From: an uncultured Candidatus Saccharibacteria bacterium
GTDB lineage: Bacteria; Patescibacteriota; JABMPQ01; JAQVVF01
DNA: 64,000 bases
Assembly: GCA_964574655.1 (NCBI GenBank)
Contig: CAZNOH010000001.1
Location: 535,020-599,019 of the forward strand
Direction: 5' to 3'
Positions 1 to 10,982 of the stretch are shown piece after piece; the first letter of the stretch is position 1, and each line of letters starts with the position of its first letter. Both the position numbers and the translations under genes were made by a program. Below the pieces are notes generated by a model that searched no databases, was not told where the DNA came from, and saw only the letters and a list, made by a program, of their open reading frames with translations.

Positions 1-141
1 TTAAAAGCACAGAGCAATATTGATCCAATAGCTGAATATGAAAATTGCGCTACTCTATATGACAAGGATAATGAATATTTAAAAGAAAAAAATCCTAAAA
101 AGAATTGGGTTAATTATGAATATGAAGATGTTAATAGCTTT

Positions 142-1134
142 ATGAATGATATTCCTAAAACTATGCAGAATGAAAAAATTTGCTATTTTAATATTGACGG
201 ACTTTACGATTTAGCTAAAGTGTGGGATTACTCTGCTGCTTCCGAAACAAATAGTTTTGATTATTCATTTAAAGGCTTTGCAGCGATCAAAACATATTTG
301 GCAGAAGAAGATCTAAATTTTAGTTTTGATTATCAAGACTTAAACAGCTTGCAAGAAAAGAGTGATTTTAATGTTTTTGTTTTTAAGGGCGATGAAAAGA
401 TTTTAGAAAAAAATATTTCTGATGATGGTAATGAAAATGGCGATGAAGTTTTTTCTGATATTAAAAATTTAAGTATTATAATTCCTAATTTGCAAGCAGG
501 TCTTTATAATATCTATCTTGACGCAAATGATGATGTTGAATTTAATTCTTTTACAACAAAACAAAAATATTGGGTTTTTGTTAATACATTGAATCTTTCT
601 GATCCTGAAAAAAGTGTCGATTTGTATTCTAATAGTGGAAATATGGCATTTACTGCTTTACATGATTCATCTCTGCAAACTATTTTAATTAATAAAGAAA
701 AAGGAATGGTTACTGAATCTGGTCCTGAATTTCAAAAAAAGGAATTGGATATCATAAAAATTGATAAGCCTTATATTTTTAGCAGAAATATTTATTCTAA
801 AATATCTTTGCCAAAAGCAGATTTAAATATTAATTTCAACAATTTAGTTTCGACAAACATTGAATCTTTACAAGCATTAAGTACAAATAATTTAGTTAAT
901 TTTTCTGATTTTGCAAAATTCAATGAAGAAAGTTGTAATTATATAATTTCAGATTATTTTGAAAAGCCTGATGAAAAAAACGGCACAATAACAGCTTCAG
1001 TTGATTTCGATGTTAAAGACTTGTTTCTTGATGAAAATAATAATTTTAATTTGTTGCTGGTATTTCCTCAATACAATCGCAATGATGCTGGTGATGTTAA
1101 AATTAGTAGAATTGATTTAAAATATAGCCGTTAA
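142..1134 (+). CDS. hypothetical protein, N/D/K-rich, host-like AT-rich codon usage
   Basis: Long ORF from the track; no recognisable motif; composition matches the host genes. Confidence 0.4.
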   Translation: MNDIPKTMQNEKICYFNIDGLYDLAKVWDYSAASETNSFDYSFKGFAAIKTYLAEEDLNFSFDYQDLNSLQEKSDFNVFVFKGDEKILEKNISDDGNENGDEVFSDIKNLSIIIPNLQAGLYNIYLDANDDVEFNSFTTKQKYWVFVNTLNLSDPEKSVDLYSNSGNMAFTALHDSSLQTILINKEKGMVTESGPEFQKKELDIIKIDKPYIFSRNIYSKISLPKADLNINFNNLVSTNIESLQALSTNNLVNFSDFAKFNEESCNYIISDYFEKPDEKNGTITASVDFDVKDLFLDENNNFNLLLVFPQYNRNDAGDVKISRIDLKYSR

Positions 1135-1138
1135 AATT

Positions 1139-1567
1139 ATGGAAAAATCTGCATCAAAGTCAAATAATTATTTTGAAATATCAAAAAATATTTGCGAACA
1201 GATATTTGGAATTTTTTTGATTGGTTATTTATTTTTCTTTTTAATTGATCAAATATTTGATGATTTTGTTAGCAATTTTATCAATTTGAATTATATTCTA
1301 GCAACTGTATTAGTTTTTGGAATTCTAACTGTTTTGCTAAAAGAAAATAATGAAGTTAAAAAAGATGTTTCTGATAATCAACAAAATTCTTGGAAATATT
1401 CTATTCTTTCTTTTTTCTTGGGTTTTATTGCTGCGATTGTAATATTTATTCAAATTTTGAGCCTAGGAATTTTACTGAGCTTATTTATTTCTATAATTTC
1501 AGGATTACTGATTGCCCTAATTTCTTTTCTGCTTCTTGATTTCAAGGAATCAAAAAACGAGCTTTAA
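1139..1567 (+). CDS. hypothetical small membrane protein
   Basis: ORF 4 nt after the previous one; several hydrophobic helices. Confidence 0.4.
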   Translation: MEKSASKSNNYFEISKNICEQIFGIFLIGYLFFFLIDQIFDDFVSNFINLNYILATVLVFGILTVLLKENNEVKKDVSDNQQNSWKYSILSFFLGFIAAIVIFIQILSLGILLSLFISIISGLLIALISFLLLDFKESKNEL

Positions 1568-1582
1568 AAGCTCGTAGTTTGT
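1557..1582 (+). terminator. Rho-independent terminator (ACGAGC-TTTAAAA-GCTCGT hairpin) overlapping the stop codon
   Basis: Perfect inverted repeat ACGAGCTTT/AAAGCTCGT followed by a T-rich tract; similar CGAG/CTCG hairpins recur after other host genes (e.g. 19915-19945). Confidence 0.45.
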
Positions 1583-1622
1583 ATTTGTGAAATTGGTGTT
1601 AAATTTGTGTAAATTAGCGATT

Positions 1623-2912
1623 CTATGCTCGGCCGATTCCAAAATATTGAAAGCCGAGTTTTTTAATTATAACAGAATTCAATAAGTTTCGCCCGTCAAT
1701 TATGATTGGCTTTTTTAATAAACTTTTAATTTTGTGAAAATCTAGATTGGCAAATTCCGGCCACTCTGTTGCGATTACTAACGCGTCAGCATTTTTCATT
1801 GCTTCATATGGATCATTTGTTATCTTAACGCCTGAATTTAAAATTTCCTTTGCATTATTATTTGCTTTTGGATCATAGGCTTTTACTCTTGCGCCGACAC
1901 CTGTCAACATTCTAATGATATCAATTGAAGCTGATTCTCTGACATCGTCAGTATTATTTTTAAAAGCAAGACCAAGAACAGCAATTCTTTTGTTTTTTAG
2001 ATTGCCAAAAATTTGTTCAAGCTTGTCAATTACTGATTGTCTCTGCCTCGTATTTACCTCAATAACTGCTTTTAACAATCTAAAATCATAGCCTTTTGTG
2101 CCGGCAATTTGATTCAGGGCTGATGTGTCTTTAGGAAAACATGATCCGCCGTAACCAATTCCAGCGCATAAAAAACTCTTGCCTATTCTCTTATCAAGAC
2201 CCATTCCATGAGAAACTTCTTTGACATCAGCATTAACTTTTTCACATAAGTTAGCAATTTCATTAATGAATGATATCTTTGTTGCTAAAAAAGCATTAGA
2301 TGCATATTTGATCATTTCTGCGCTTTGCACTGTTGTAAAAACTTTTTTACCTAAAACTTTCTTATATATTTCTTGCATTACTTTCTTAGCTTGCTTGTCA
2401 TCGCAACCCATTACAATGCGATCTGGCCTCATAAAATCAGAAACAGCATAACCTTCTTTTAAAAATTCTGGATTTGAAACTACAGCAAATTTTCCTTTGT
2501 ATGTTTTTAAAATAATATTTCTAACTTCGTTTGCTGTGCCAACTGGCACTGTACTTTTATTAATAATGACTTTGAAATCTTTAATGTTTTCACCAATTTC
2601 TTTAGCAACTGCATGGACATATTGTAAATCTGCTTTGCCGTCTTTTTTAGCTGGCGTGCCAACAGCAATAAATATCGCTTGAACATCTGGTAAAACTTTT
2701 TTTAAAGATAATTCAAAAGCTAGTTTGCCTTTCTTGACTACATCTTTAACAACTTTGTCTAGGCCTGGTTCATAGATTGGAATAATTCCCTTTTTTAATT
2801 TTGTAATTTTTTCTTTATCAATATCTACACAAGAAACTATGTGACCAACCTTTGCTAAGCAAGCGCCAGTAACAAGTCCTACATATCCTGTGCCGACAAC
2901 TGCTATTCTCAT
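1623..2912 (-). CDS. ugd: UDP-glucose 6-dehydrogenase / nucleotide-sugar dehydrogenase
   Basis: N-terminal Rossmann motif GTGYVGLVTGACLA and a central catalytic Cys region typical of the UDP-glucose/GDP-mannose dehydrogenase family. Confidence 0.8.
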   Translation of the reverse strand: MRIAVVGTGYVGLVTGACLAKVGHIVSCVDIDKEKITKLKKGIIPIYEPGLDKVVKDVVKKGKLAFELSLKKVLPDVQAIFIAVGTPAKKDGKADLQYVHAVAKEIGENIKDFKVIINKSTVPVGTANEVRNIILKTYKGKFAVVSNPEFLKEGYAVSDFMRPDRIVMGCDDKQAKKVMQEIYKKVLGKKVFTTVQSAEMIKYASNAFLATKISFINEIANLCEKVNADVKEVSHGMGLDKRIGKSFLCAGIGYGGSCFPKDTSALNQIAGTKGYDFRLLKAVIEVNTRQRQSVIDKLEQIFGNLKNKRIAVLGLAFKNNTDDVRESASIDIIRMLTGVGARVKAYDPKANNNAKEILNSGVKITNDPYEAMKNADALVIATEWPEFANLDFHKIKSLLKKPIIIDGRNLLNSVIIKKLGFQYFGIGRA

Positions 2913-3000
2913 ACAAGCGCTGATTTAACGCTGATTTCTAACGCTGATACAACGCTGACATGCGTTTTTATAATCAACAAGAAACAACGTTAATCAATAA

Positions 3001-4155
3001 TTATATTTTTGCTAATTTCTTAATGTCCTTAATTTTGTCTGTTTTTTCCCAAGTAAAATCCTTATCATTTCGACCAAAGTGTCCGTAAGCTGCTGTTTTT
3101 TTATAAATTGGTCGTTTTAATTTCAAAGTTTCGATTATTCCTTCTGGAGTTAAATCAAAAACTTGTCTGATTATTTTTTCAATTTGTTCGCTACTTATTT
3201 TGGAGGTTCCGTGAGTATTGACTAAAATACTGATTGGATCAGCTACTCCGATGACATAAGCAATCTGGATTTCGCAACGATCTGCCAAGCCAGATGCAAC
3301 AATATTTTTGGCAATATATCTGGCCATATAAGAACCTGAACGATCAACCTTTGATGGATCCTTGCCAGAGAAACAACCACCGCCATGGCTTCCATGACCG
3401 CCATATGTATCGACGATAATTTTTCTACCTGTCAAACCACAGTCTGCAGGAGGACCGCCTTTGATAAATTTACCTGTAGCATTGACAAAAAATTTAGTTT
3501 TTCTTGTAAGCCATTTTTCGCAAACTGGTTTAATTACTTTTTCAATGATATCTTTTCTAATTTGAGCAAGCTTGACTTCAGGATTGTGCTGAGCAGCAAT
3601 TACAACAGTATTAATTCTTTTTGGTTTTCCGTCTTCATATTCAATAGCTACTTCGGATTTGCCATCTGGCCTTAGATAGCTAAGTGTTTTATTTTTTCTA
3701 ACTTCTGCTAATTTTTGACTAAGTTTATGAGCTAGAATAATTGGAAGAGGCATTAATTCTGGCGTTTCGTTTGTAGCGTAACCGAACATTAATCCTTGAT
3801 CGCCTGCTCCTTGTTTTTTCTTTTTAGTTTTGTTGACACCAATTGCGATGTCAGGACTTTGTTCATCTATGCTAACAATGATACCGCAGTCATCATGATG
3901 AAAACCGTAATCATGTTTCGTATATCCAATCTCTTTAATTGTTTTTCTAGCAATTTTTGCAATGTCAACATAGGCTTTTGTTGTAATCTCGCCAGCAACA
4001 ACAACTAATCCTGTTGTGACTAAAGTTTCACAACCAACTCTTGAATCTGGATCTTGTTTTAATAATTCATCTAGAATTGAATCTGAAATTTGATCTGCTA
4101 CTTTGTCAGGATGACCCTCTGTTACTGATTCGGATGTAAAGATGTACTTGTTCAT
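3001..4155 (-). CDS. metK: S-adenosylmethionine synthetase
   Basis: N-terminus [20 protein letters not shown] and the [16 protein letters not shown] motif are diagnostic of MetK. Confidence 0.9.
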   Translation of the reverse strand: MNKYIFTSESVTEGHPDKVADQISDSILDELLKQDPDSRVGCETLVTTGLVVVAGEITTKAYVDIAKIARKTIKEIGYTKHDYGFHHDDCGIIVSIDEQSPDIAIGVNKTKKKKQGAGDQGLMFGYATNETPELMPLPIILAHKLSQKLAEVRKNKTLSYLRPDGKSEVAIEYEDGKPKRINTVVIAAQHNPEVKLAQIRKDIIEKVIKPVCEKWLTRKTKFFVNATGKFIKGGPPADCGLTGRKIIVDTYGGHGSHGGGCFSGKDPSKVDRSGSYMARYIAKNIVASGLADRCEIQIAYVIGVADPISILVNTHGTSKISSEQIEKIIRQVFDLTPEGIIETLKLKRPIYKKTAAYGHFGRNDKDFTWEKTDKIKDIKKLAKI

Positions 4156-4175
4156 TATTTTAAGTTAATTTATTT

Positions 4176-5099
4176 TTATTTACTTTTAAACCATTCATAA
4201 GTCATTTTAAGCCCGTCTTCTAATTTTACTTTTGGCTCCCAATTTAATTCTTGTTTAATCTTTGTGTTGTCTATGGCACTTGTTTTTTGATCACCTAGTC
4301 TTGCCTCTCCATGTTTTTCAGAAATACTTTGACCTGAAATTTTGGTTAGATTCTGAAAGATAGCATTAATATCTGTTTGAATTCCTGTGCCGACATTATA
4401 AATATTTTGTGATTTTTCGCTTTTTAAAGCTAGCAGATTTGCGTTTGCAACATCTTTGACAAAAACATAGTCTCTTGTACATTTGCCATCGCCGTTGATT
4501 ATTGGTTGTTCATTATTCACAATCTTTTGGCAAAAAATTGCAACAACTCCTGCTTCACCAAAAGGATCTTGCTTTGGACCATAAACATTGGCATAACGTA
4601 GAATAGTATAGTTTAACTTATTTAGAAAATTGAAGCAATATAAATATTTTTCAACGGCTAATTTTGTGACACCATAAGGAGAGACAGGTTTTGCTTCGTA
4701 ATTCTCTGGAGTTGGTAAAACATCAGCATCGCCATAAAGAGCGCCGCCTGTTGAAGCGAAAATTAGCTTTTTGATATTATGTTTTATTGCTAATTTAAAA
4801 ATATTTATTGATCCTAAAATATTATTTTCAGCATCACTGATTGGATCTTTGACAGATTCTGGGACTGAGGCATGAGCTGCCTGATGGCAAATGTATTCTG
4901 GCTTTTCTTGTTCGAAAATCTTTTCTATTTCATCAAAATTCTTAATATCTGCTTGATAAAATTTTGCTTTTTCATTTAAGTTTTCTTTTTTGCCAGTTGA
5001 TAAATTATCAATAATAACTACCTCATTGTTTTCTTCAATTAGTTTATCAGCAATGTGCGAGCCAATAAACCCCGCACCACCTGTAATTAATATTTTCAT
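4176..5099 (-). CDS. NAD-dependent epimerase/dehydratase (GalE-like UDP-sugar 4-epimerase family)
   Basis: GGAGFIGSH Rossmann motif plus a YxxxK catalytic region (YGVTK); sits inside the sugar-nucleotide cluster. Confidence 0.7.
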   Translation of the reverse strand: MKILITGGAGFIGSHIADKLIEENNEVVIIDNLSTGKKENLNEKAKFYQADIKNFDEIEKIFEQEKPEYICHQAAHASVPESVKDPISDAENNILGSINIFKLAIKHNIKKLIFASTGGALYGDADVLPTPENYEAKPVSPYGVTKLAVEKYLYCFNFLNKLNYTILRYANVYGPKQDPFGEAGVVAIFCQKIVNNEQPIINGDGKCTRDYVFVKDVANANLLALKSEKSQNIYNVGTGIQTDINAIFQNLTKISGQSISEKHGEARLGDQKTSAIDNTKIKQELNWEPKVKLEDGLKMTYEWFKSK

Positions 5100-5140
5100 A
5101 GTTTTATTTTTATGGTTAAAGATTAAAGATAATAGTAATT

Positions 5141-6502
5141 TTATATTTTGACCTTTTTTCCTGTTTCATGCATTTTTCTAATCTTATAGGGCGCACCGAT
5201 TACGTTCTCATATTTATATCCCATTTTTTCAAACATTTCTTTTGAGATTGGCCTTTTCTTGCCATATTCAACGACGTATAAATTTTCAGCGCCATCTTTA
5301 ATTAGTGTTCCGTCTCTAAATAAAACTGGACTGCCTGTTTTTAATTTGTTTAATGTCTGTTGAGATACTGCAACTAAATTATTTGGATCAAATTGATTAT
5401 TATAAATTATATTACTAATGATCGACCTTTTTTGGCTATTTTCTAATAAATATTTTATATTAGATTTTTTTTCATAGACAACAGTACCATCGATTGGAAA
5501 AACTGTGATTTTTGTAATACGTGAGCCTTTTTTGTAGAATTTTTTTCCGTTGGCATCAATTGGTTGAGCGTTTTTTTTATGATATCCGAGTATTTTAAAT
5601 ACTTTTTCTGATTGAAAGCGCCTAATAGTTTGATGACTAATAATAAAATAATTATTGTTTTGATCATACAATAATGTGCCATCTGGAAAAATTGTTGGTT
5701 TGCCGGTTAAATACTTGTCTTGACCTGTTGAAATTGTTATTGCTTGGGTCTCTTTATATTTTGATGCAAACGTAATTCTGTCAGAAAGAAAAGGCTTTTT
5801 CTTTTCATTTTGCAAAATGTAAAGAGTATTGTCGCCTTCTACTTTTAATAAGGTTCCATTTGGATAGTAATTTGCAAACCAATTTGTCCAAATCTGCCAG
5901 AACAGAAAATTGCCGTTGCCTGAGTCATCAATAGTTGCACCTTTGCCTGCTCCAGCATGTGGAGTGTAATTATATAATCCGGCTGTTGCATCATTCTTCG
6001 GAGTGATAGTGTAGCCGTCTGAAGTTGTTTTTGTGACTCCTTTTTGATAGCCATAGTATTCTGGATGATCAATGTACTGTCTGAATTGCCAAGTAGCACT
6101 GTCAATTTGCTTGAAAACGCCTTGATATTTGTATTGGATAGGATTAAATCGATCAAATACAGCATAGCCCATTAAATATTTCTTTTGATAATCTGTTAAA
6201 CTTGAATCAGTGATTGCACTTTGTTCTTTTTGAGCTGTAGCAATTATTAATTTCGGATTTATTTCATATTTTTGCGCTGAATCATAAATAATTTTTGCAA
6301 CGCTTTTGCCATTATATTTTAGCACTGCCAATTCACTTCCTTTTTTAATCAAGAATTTTTGGATTGCTGATTTTGTAAGTGATTTGGAATTTGTATATTC
6401 TTCATCTGTTAAAACATTGTCTGGATTAAAATATGCAGCCATTGAATTATGGGCTGAGATAAAAAAAAGGAATAGTGCGACAATTATTGTTTTTGTTTTC
6501 AT
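5141..6502 (-). CDS. secreted hypothetical protein with repeated (F)PDGTLL beta-strand motifs
   Basis: N-terminal signal peptide (MKTKTIIVALFLFFISAHNSMA); PDGTLLKV / PDGTLLYD / RDGTLIKD repeats; no known catalytic motif. Confidence 0.4.
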   Translation of the reverse strand: MKTKTIIVALFLFFISAHNSMAAYFNPDNVLTDEEYTNSKSLTKSAIQKFLIKKGSELAVLKYNGKSVAKIIYDSAQKYEINPKLIIATAQKEQSAITDSSLTDYQKKYLMGYAVFDRFNPIQYKYQGVFKQIDSATWQFRQYIDHPEYYGYQKGVTKTTSDGYTITPKNDATAGLYNYTPHAGAGKGATIDDSGNGNFLFWQIWTNWFANYYPNGTLLKVEGDNTLYILQNEKKKPFLSDRITFASKYKETQAITISTGQDKYLTGKPTIFPDGTLLYDQNNNYFIISHQTIRRFQSEKVFKILGYHKKNAQPIDANGKKFYKKGSRITKITVFPIDGTVVYEKKSNIKYLLENSQKRSIISNIIYNNQFDPNNLVAVSQQTLNKLKTGSPVLFRDGTLIKDGAENLYVVEYGKKRPISKEMFEKMGYKYENVIGAPYKIRKMHETGKKVKI

Positions 6503-6520
6503 TTTTTATTTAATATAATA

Positions 6521-6616
6521 CAAATAAACGTACGAATAATGCAAATGATACGAATTACGAATCGACGAATTTGCAATTCGCAACATTCGCATTATTCGTA
6601 TTTTCATTCGTATTTT
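6521..6616. repeat. ACGAAT-word palindromic intergenic element
   Basis: Inverted arms built from acgaat/attcgt words around a tcGACGaattt centre; related blocks at about 12160-12200, 24925-24990 and 27995-28065. Confidence 0.5.
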
Positions 6617-6617
6617 G

Positions 6618-7496
6618 TTAAAATAATGTTTTTTCGTTGGCAATTTTTATCAAATACTGGCCATACTGATTTTTGCTAAGAGGTTCAGCTAATTTTAGCA
6701 ATTGTTTTTTATTAATATAGCCATTGCTGAAAGCAATTTCTTCAAGACATGAAACTTTTAGTCCTTGTCTTTTTTCAATAGTTTGAATGAAATTTGATGC
6801 ATCTAAAAGACTTTCATGAGTGCCGGTATCTAACCAAGCGAATCCACGTCCTAGCATTTCTAGTTTTAATTTTTTTTCATTCAAATATAATCTGTTTAAA
6901 TCTGTTATTTCCAACTCACCTCTTGGCGATGGTTTTAATGATTTAGCTTTTTTAACTACGCTATTATCGTAAAAATAAAGTCCGGTAATTGCATAATTTG
7001 ATTTTGGATGTTCTGGTTTTTCTTCAATGCTCAAAACTTTGCCTTTTTTATCAAATTCAGCGATACCATATCTTTCTGGATCGTTAACATAATAGCCAAA
7101 AATTACTGCACCTTTTTTTATGCGAGCTGCTTTTCTCAGCATATCTTGAAAACCGTGACCATAAAATACATTATCGCCTAAAATTAGACTGACACTATCT
7201 TTGCCGATGAATTTTTCACCAATTATAAATGCTTGCGCCAATCCATCTGGAGATGGTTGAATTGCATAAGAAATTTTTAGGCCAAACTTTTTTCCATTGC
7301 CTAATAAATCTTTATAAGTACTGATGTCTCTTGGAGTTGAAATGATTAAAATTTCGCGTATCCCTGACAGCATTAAAATAGACAAAGGGTAATAAATCAT
7401 CGGCTTGTCGTAAATCGGCATGATCTGTTTTGAGATGCTCTGGGTGAGCGGATATAATCTTGTTCCTGATCCTCCTGCTAGAATAATGCCTTTCAT
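6618..7496 (-). CDS. rmlA: glucose-1-phosphate thymidylyltransferase
   Basis: [17 protein letters not shown]-terminus characteristic of RmlA/RfbA. Confidence 0.85.
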   Translation of the reverse strand: MKGIILAGGSGTRLYPLTQSISKQIMPIYDKPMIYYPLSILMLSGIREILIISTPRDISTYKDLLGNGKKFGLKISYAIQPSPDGLAQAFIIGEKFIGKDSVSLILGDNVFYGHGFQDMLRKAARIKKGAVIFGYYVNDPERYGIAEFDKKGKVLSIEEKPEHPKSNYAITGLYFYDNSVVKKAKSLKPSPRGELEITDLNRLYLNEKKLKLEMLGRGFAWLDTGTHESLLDASNFIQTIEKRQGLKVSCLEEIAFSNGYINKKQLLKLAEPLSKNQYGQYLIKIANEKTLF

Positions 7497-7518
7497 ATAT
7501 TTAGTGTTATCGCTAAAA

Positions 7519-7650
7519 ATTCAAAACTCTAAATCCTAAATTCTAAATAAACTCAAATTTCCAAAATCAAAATGCTAAACTTGACGATGGTTTTCTTTAT
7601 TTTGAATTTAGAATTTATAATTTATTTAGAGTTTAGGATTTAGGATTTTC
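7519..7650. repeat. long imperfect palindromic element (CTAAAT/ATTTAG-word family) overlapping the rmlD 3' end
   Basis: Left arm aaactctaaatcctaaattctaaataaactcaaatt pairs with right arm aatttagaatttataatttatttagagtttaggatttagg; homologous copies at about 22134-22280 and 42086-42199. Confidence 0.55.
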
Positions 7651-8472
7651 TAGGTAGTCTGCTAATGCTTCTTTCCAATTCCTCATTGCTGGTAATTTTG
7701 TATTAATAAGTGCCGAATATTCTGGTCTTTTAGCAGGTCTTGGAAATTCAGAAGTTTTGCATGGCGTAACTTTTATTTTTATGCCTTTAATTTTAAATAT
7801 TTCGTTAGCAAAATCAAACCATGTAGCCTCGCCTTCATTAGTGACATGATAGATGCCTGGCGCTAACTTTTTATCTAGAATTTCTTTTGTTCTTTTGGCT
7901 AAATCAACAGTATATGTTGGTTTGCCATGCTGATCGTTTACTACCTTCAAAGTATCATTTTCTTTGGCTAATTGCAACATTGTATCAACAAAGTTTTTGC
8001 CATTTTTGCCATAAAGCCAGGCTGTTCTTAAAATATAATATTTCTTACAATTATTTTTAATTAATTTTTCTCCCAATGCTTTTGTTTTGCCATAAGCATT
8101 GATTGGATCTACTTTATTATAGTTTTCACGATAGCCATCTTTTTTTAGGCCATTAAAGATATAGTCAGTACTATAATGAAAAAAAGGAATTTTTAATTTA
8201 TTGCAAGCCTTGGCTAAATTACCTGGACCAATACCATTTACTTTTTTAGCAATTGCTTTTTTGTCTTTGTCTTCACAGCCGTCAACATCTGTAAAAGCAG
8301 CACAATTGATTATTGCATCTGGATTTAATTTAGCAACAATTTTGTTGACCATTTTGGCATTGGTAATGTCTAGTTCCTCGCGATCATATTTAATTAACTC
8401 GTTATCTTTTTCTAGTAAGACGCATAAATCTTTACCTAGCATGCCTCGAGCACCGGTTATTAATATTTTCAT
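7633..8472 (-). CDS. rmlD: dTDP-4-dehydrorhamnose reductase
   Basis: MKILITGARGMLG N-terminus, length and position between rmlA and rmlB. Confidence 0.8.
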   Translation of the reverse strand: MKILITGARGMLGKDLCVLLEKDNELIKYDREELDITNAKMVNKIVAKLNPDAIINCAAFTDVDGCEDKDKKAIAKKVNGIGPGNLAKACNKLKIPFFHYSTDYIFNGLKKDGYRENYNKVDPINAYGKTKALGEKLIKNNCKKYYILRTAWLYGKNGKNFVDTMLQLAKENDTLKVVNDQHGKPTYTVDLAKRTKEILDKKLAPGIYHVTNEGEATWFDFANEIFKIKGIKIKVTPCKTSEFPRPAKRPEYSALINTKLPAMRNWKEALADYLENPKS

Positions 8473-8488
8473 AGTTTTTAATTAATCG

Positions 8489-8603
8489 TAAAAAACAAAT
8501 TCCAAATTCCAAACAAATTGCAAACCACAAATTACAAAAATTTTAGTAAATAGTTTTGTGTTTTGTAATTTAGAATTTGTTTGGTATTTGTGATTTGTGA
8601 TTT
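8489..8603. repeat. long imperfect palindromic element (CAAATT/ACAAA-word family)
   Basis: Arms aaacaaattccaaattccaaacaaattgcaaacc... and ...ggtatttgtgatttgtgattt; a related copy at about 28960-29088 shares ccaaattacaaaa. Confidence 0.5.
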
Positions 8604-8609
8604 CGAAAA

Positions 8610-9626
8610 TTATCTTTGGACATATTGCTTTTTGTAATAATTCAAGTACTCACCAGTCTTAATTTTTTTCCACCAATCTAAATTATTTTTGTACCAAGAA
8701 ATAGTTTGAGCAATACCTGAATCAAAAGAATACATAGGCTCCCAGCCTAATTCTGCTTTTATTTTTGCAACATCAACTGCGTAACGGCGATCATGACCAG
8801 CGCGATCTTTGACATATTCAATTGATTTTTCGTCTTTATTGCAAGCGCTAACGATTCTTTTTGTTAAATCTAAATTTGGAATTTCTGGATTTTGATTTGC
8901 ACCAATATTATAAATCTCTCCGTCCTTGCCCTTATGCAAAACTAAATCAATCGCAAAACAATGATCATCAACGTGCAACCAATCACGAATTTGCTGACCA
9001 TCGCCATAGACAGGGACAGTCTTGCCTTCTAAAAGATTTGTAATAAATAATGGAATAATTTTTTCTGGATATTGGTAAGGTCCATAATTATTAGTGCATC
9101 TTGTAATCATTACTGGCAAGTTGTAAGTTCTGCTGAATGCTAAAACTTGCAAGTCTCCGCCAGCTTTTGAGGCAGCATATGGTGATGACGGCCTTAGAAG
9201 ATCTGTTTCTTTGGCAAATCCACCATTATCAAAATCACCATAAACTTCATCTGTTGAAATTTGAATATAGCGCTTTATATTATGATCTTTGACAGCATTA
9301 AGTAAAATGTGAGTGCCAAAAACATCCGTATTAATAAAATCACCAGGATTCATAATTGACCGGTCAACATGCGTCTCTGCGGCAAAGTTAATGATGCTAT
9401 CTGGCTTTTGGACTGAAATTAAACTATTGACTAATTTGTCATCAGCAATATCACCTTTGAAAAATTGATAACGAGGATCTTTATCAATGCCTTTTAAATT
9501 TTCAAAATTACCAGCATAAGTAACTTTGTCAAAATTTACAATTTGATAACTTTCATATTTTGCAAGCATGTAGCGAATAAAATTGCTACCGATAAAACCT
9601 AGACCTCCTGTAATTAGGATTTTCAT
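8610..9626 (-). CDS. rmlB: dTDP-glucose 4,6-dehydratase
   Basis: GGLGFIGSNF Rossmann motif, YAASKAGGD catalytic region, length about 340 aa. Confidence 0.85.
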   Translation of the reverse strand: MKILITGGLGFIGSNFIRYMLAKYESYQIVNFDKVTYAGNFENLKGIDKDPRYQFFKGDIADDKLVNSLISVQKPDSIINFAAETHVDRSIMNPGDFINTDVFGTHILLNAVKDHNIKRYIQISTDEVYGDFDNGGFAKETDLLRPSSPYAASKAGGDLQVLAFSRTYNLPVMITRCTNNYGPYQYPEKIIPLFITNLLEGKTVPVYGDGQQIRDWLHVDDHCFAIDLVLHKGKDGEIYNIGANQNPEIPNLDLTKRIVSACNKDEKSIEYVKDRAGHDRRYAVDVAKIKAELGWEPMYSFDSGIAQTISWYKNNLDWWKKIKTGEYLNYYKKQYVQR

Positions 9627-9648
9627 AATATTAAATTAGTTTTTGTTT

Positions 9649-9777
9649 AATAAATAATTACCAAGAAACAAGATACAAACAAATTAGAATATTCAATAAT
9701 CAAACCTTTTCGACGGACGAGTTTGGTTATTTTAATTTGAAATTTGTTTGTTTCTTGTCTCTTGGTTATTTATTTTA
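9649..9777. repeat. long palindromic element, CCAAGAAACAAG family
   Basis: ccaagaaacaagatacaaacaaatt ... aatttgaaatttgtttgtttcttgtctcttgg with a central caaac-cttttcgacggacgag-gtttgg mini-hairpin; a half copy lies at 52382-52465. Confidence 0.6.
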
Positions 9778-10185
9778 TAATACTTTTTTAATTTTCTTAA
9801 TAATTTTTTCAGCTTCTGTTGCTCGGTATCCTTGTCTTTGTGGCCAAAGCTTTAAACCATCTTTCGCTAATCTTGGAATAACATGAAAATGGACATGATT
9901 AATTTTTTGGCCAGCAACTTTGCCATTATTTATGCTCAAGTTAAATCCTTTAACTTTCAGGCTTTTCATAATTGCCTTGCCGACTTTTTTAGAAACTAAA
10001 ATCATTTCTGACAATACTTTGTCTTGAACATCAACCATTGTATCAAAATGCTTTTTAGTGACAACTAAAATATGTCCAGGATTTACTGGCATAATATCTA
10101 AAATTGCCATCAAATTTTTATTCTCAAAAATGATGTCTGATGGAATTTCCTTTTTTGCTATTTTACAAAAAATACAATCTTTCAT
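9775..10185 (-). CDS. HIT-family (histidine triad) nucleotide hydrolase/transferase
   Basis: HVHFHVIPR histidine-triad motif near the C-terminus. Confidence 0.7.
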   Translation of the reverse strand: MKDCIFCKIAKKEIPSDIIFENKNLMAILDIMPVNPGHILVVTKKHFDTMVDVQDKVLSEMILVSKKVGKAIMKSLKVKGFNLSINNGKVAGQKINHVHFHVIPRLAKDGLKLWPQRQGYRATEAEKIIKKIKKVL

Positions 10186-10188
10186 AAA

Positions 10189-10668
10189 TTATAATTTTGC
10201 CCAATTAAAACCAATCTTTGGATCATTGTGCGGGATTCTTTGTTCGTCTGGCTTTTTAGGATTATACGGTCTCGTTGTATGATAAAAAAGCAAAACTGGT
10301 TTTCTTCCTTGCGCTTTATAGCCATGAGCAACGCCGATTGGAATTAAAACTAGCTTTGGATCTTTTTCTGCATTGCATTCGATGATTTGAGTATTACCAA
10401 AAGTTTTTGATTTTTTGCGAGTGTCATATAAAACAATAGTTGCCTTACCTGTTGCAAAAAACCAAAGATCGTCTTGTTTTTTGTGCCAGTGAAAAGCTTT
10501 GATTGTGCCTGGGTGCGCAACTGTAAAAGTTGTTTGACCAAACTTGGTTAATAACTTTTCATCTGCTCGTAGAATTTCCATTAAATGCCCTGCCTTTACT
10601 TTTTTCTGATCTAAGTCTGGCTGATCTTTCCAAATTTTTATTTGTTTGATTCTCACTCCGCTTATCAT
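10189..10668 (-). CDS. rmlC: cupin, dTDP-4-dehydrorhamnose 3,5-epimerase-like
   Basis: Cupin core with FHWHKKQ, IPIGVAHGY and DPKIGFNW resembling RmlC GLHFQ / IPPGFAHGF / DPELGIDW; follows rmlABD in the same orientation. Confidence 0.55.
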   Translation of the reverse strand: MISGVRIKQIKIWKDQPDLDQKKVKAGHLMEILRADEKLLTKFGQTTFTVAHPGTIKAFHWHKKQDDLWFFATGKATIVLYDTRKKSKTFGNTQIIECNAEKDPKLVLIPIGVAHGYKAQGRKPVLLFYHTTRPYNPKKPDEQRIPHNDPKIGFNWAKL

Positions 10669-10982
10669 AACATTTGACAGTTAATAGTTGACAATTAACA
10701 ATTAAATAAACTGCTAATGTTGCTGTTAACCAAATTTTATTTTCTTATAACTTATTCAGCCATGTTTTAGCTTATTTAAAGTATAAAACATATTTATCAA
10801 CAGGGCTAGATTATTTTTCATTATTCTTCTTTTTTAATTCTCGTGTAATATAAAAGCAGGGTGACATAGAAGCGCCACACCTGCTTTAAGGAGATGAACT
10901 CGATTTTGGAGTTTATCTCCTGAAATATAATTTTAATACTTTAAACTTAAAATTAGCTTAAAATTACATTTCAGGAAATAAT

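Noticed and set aside
2221-2682. Short plus-strand ORFs inside ugd, and similar antisense ORFs inside metK, typA, cysS and dnaB
   Set aside because: They lie antisense within well-supported conserved genes.
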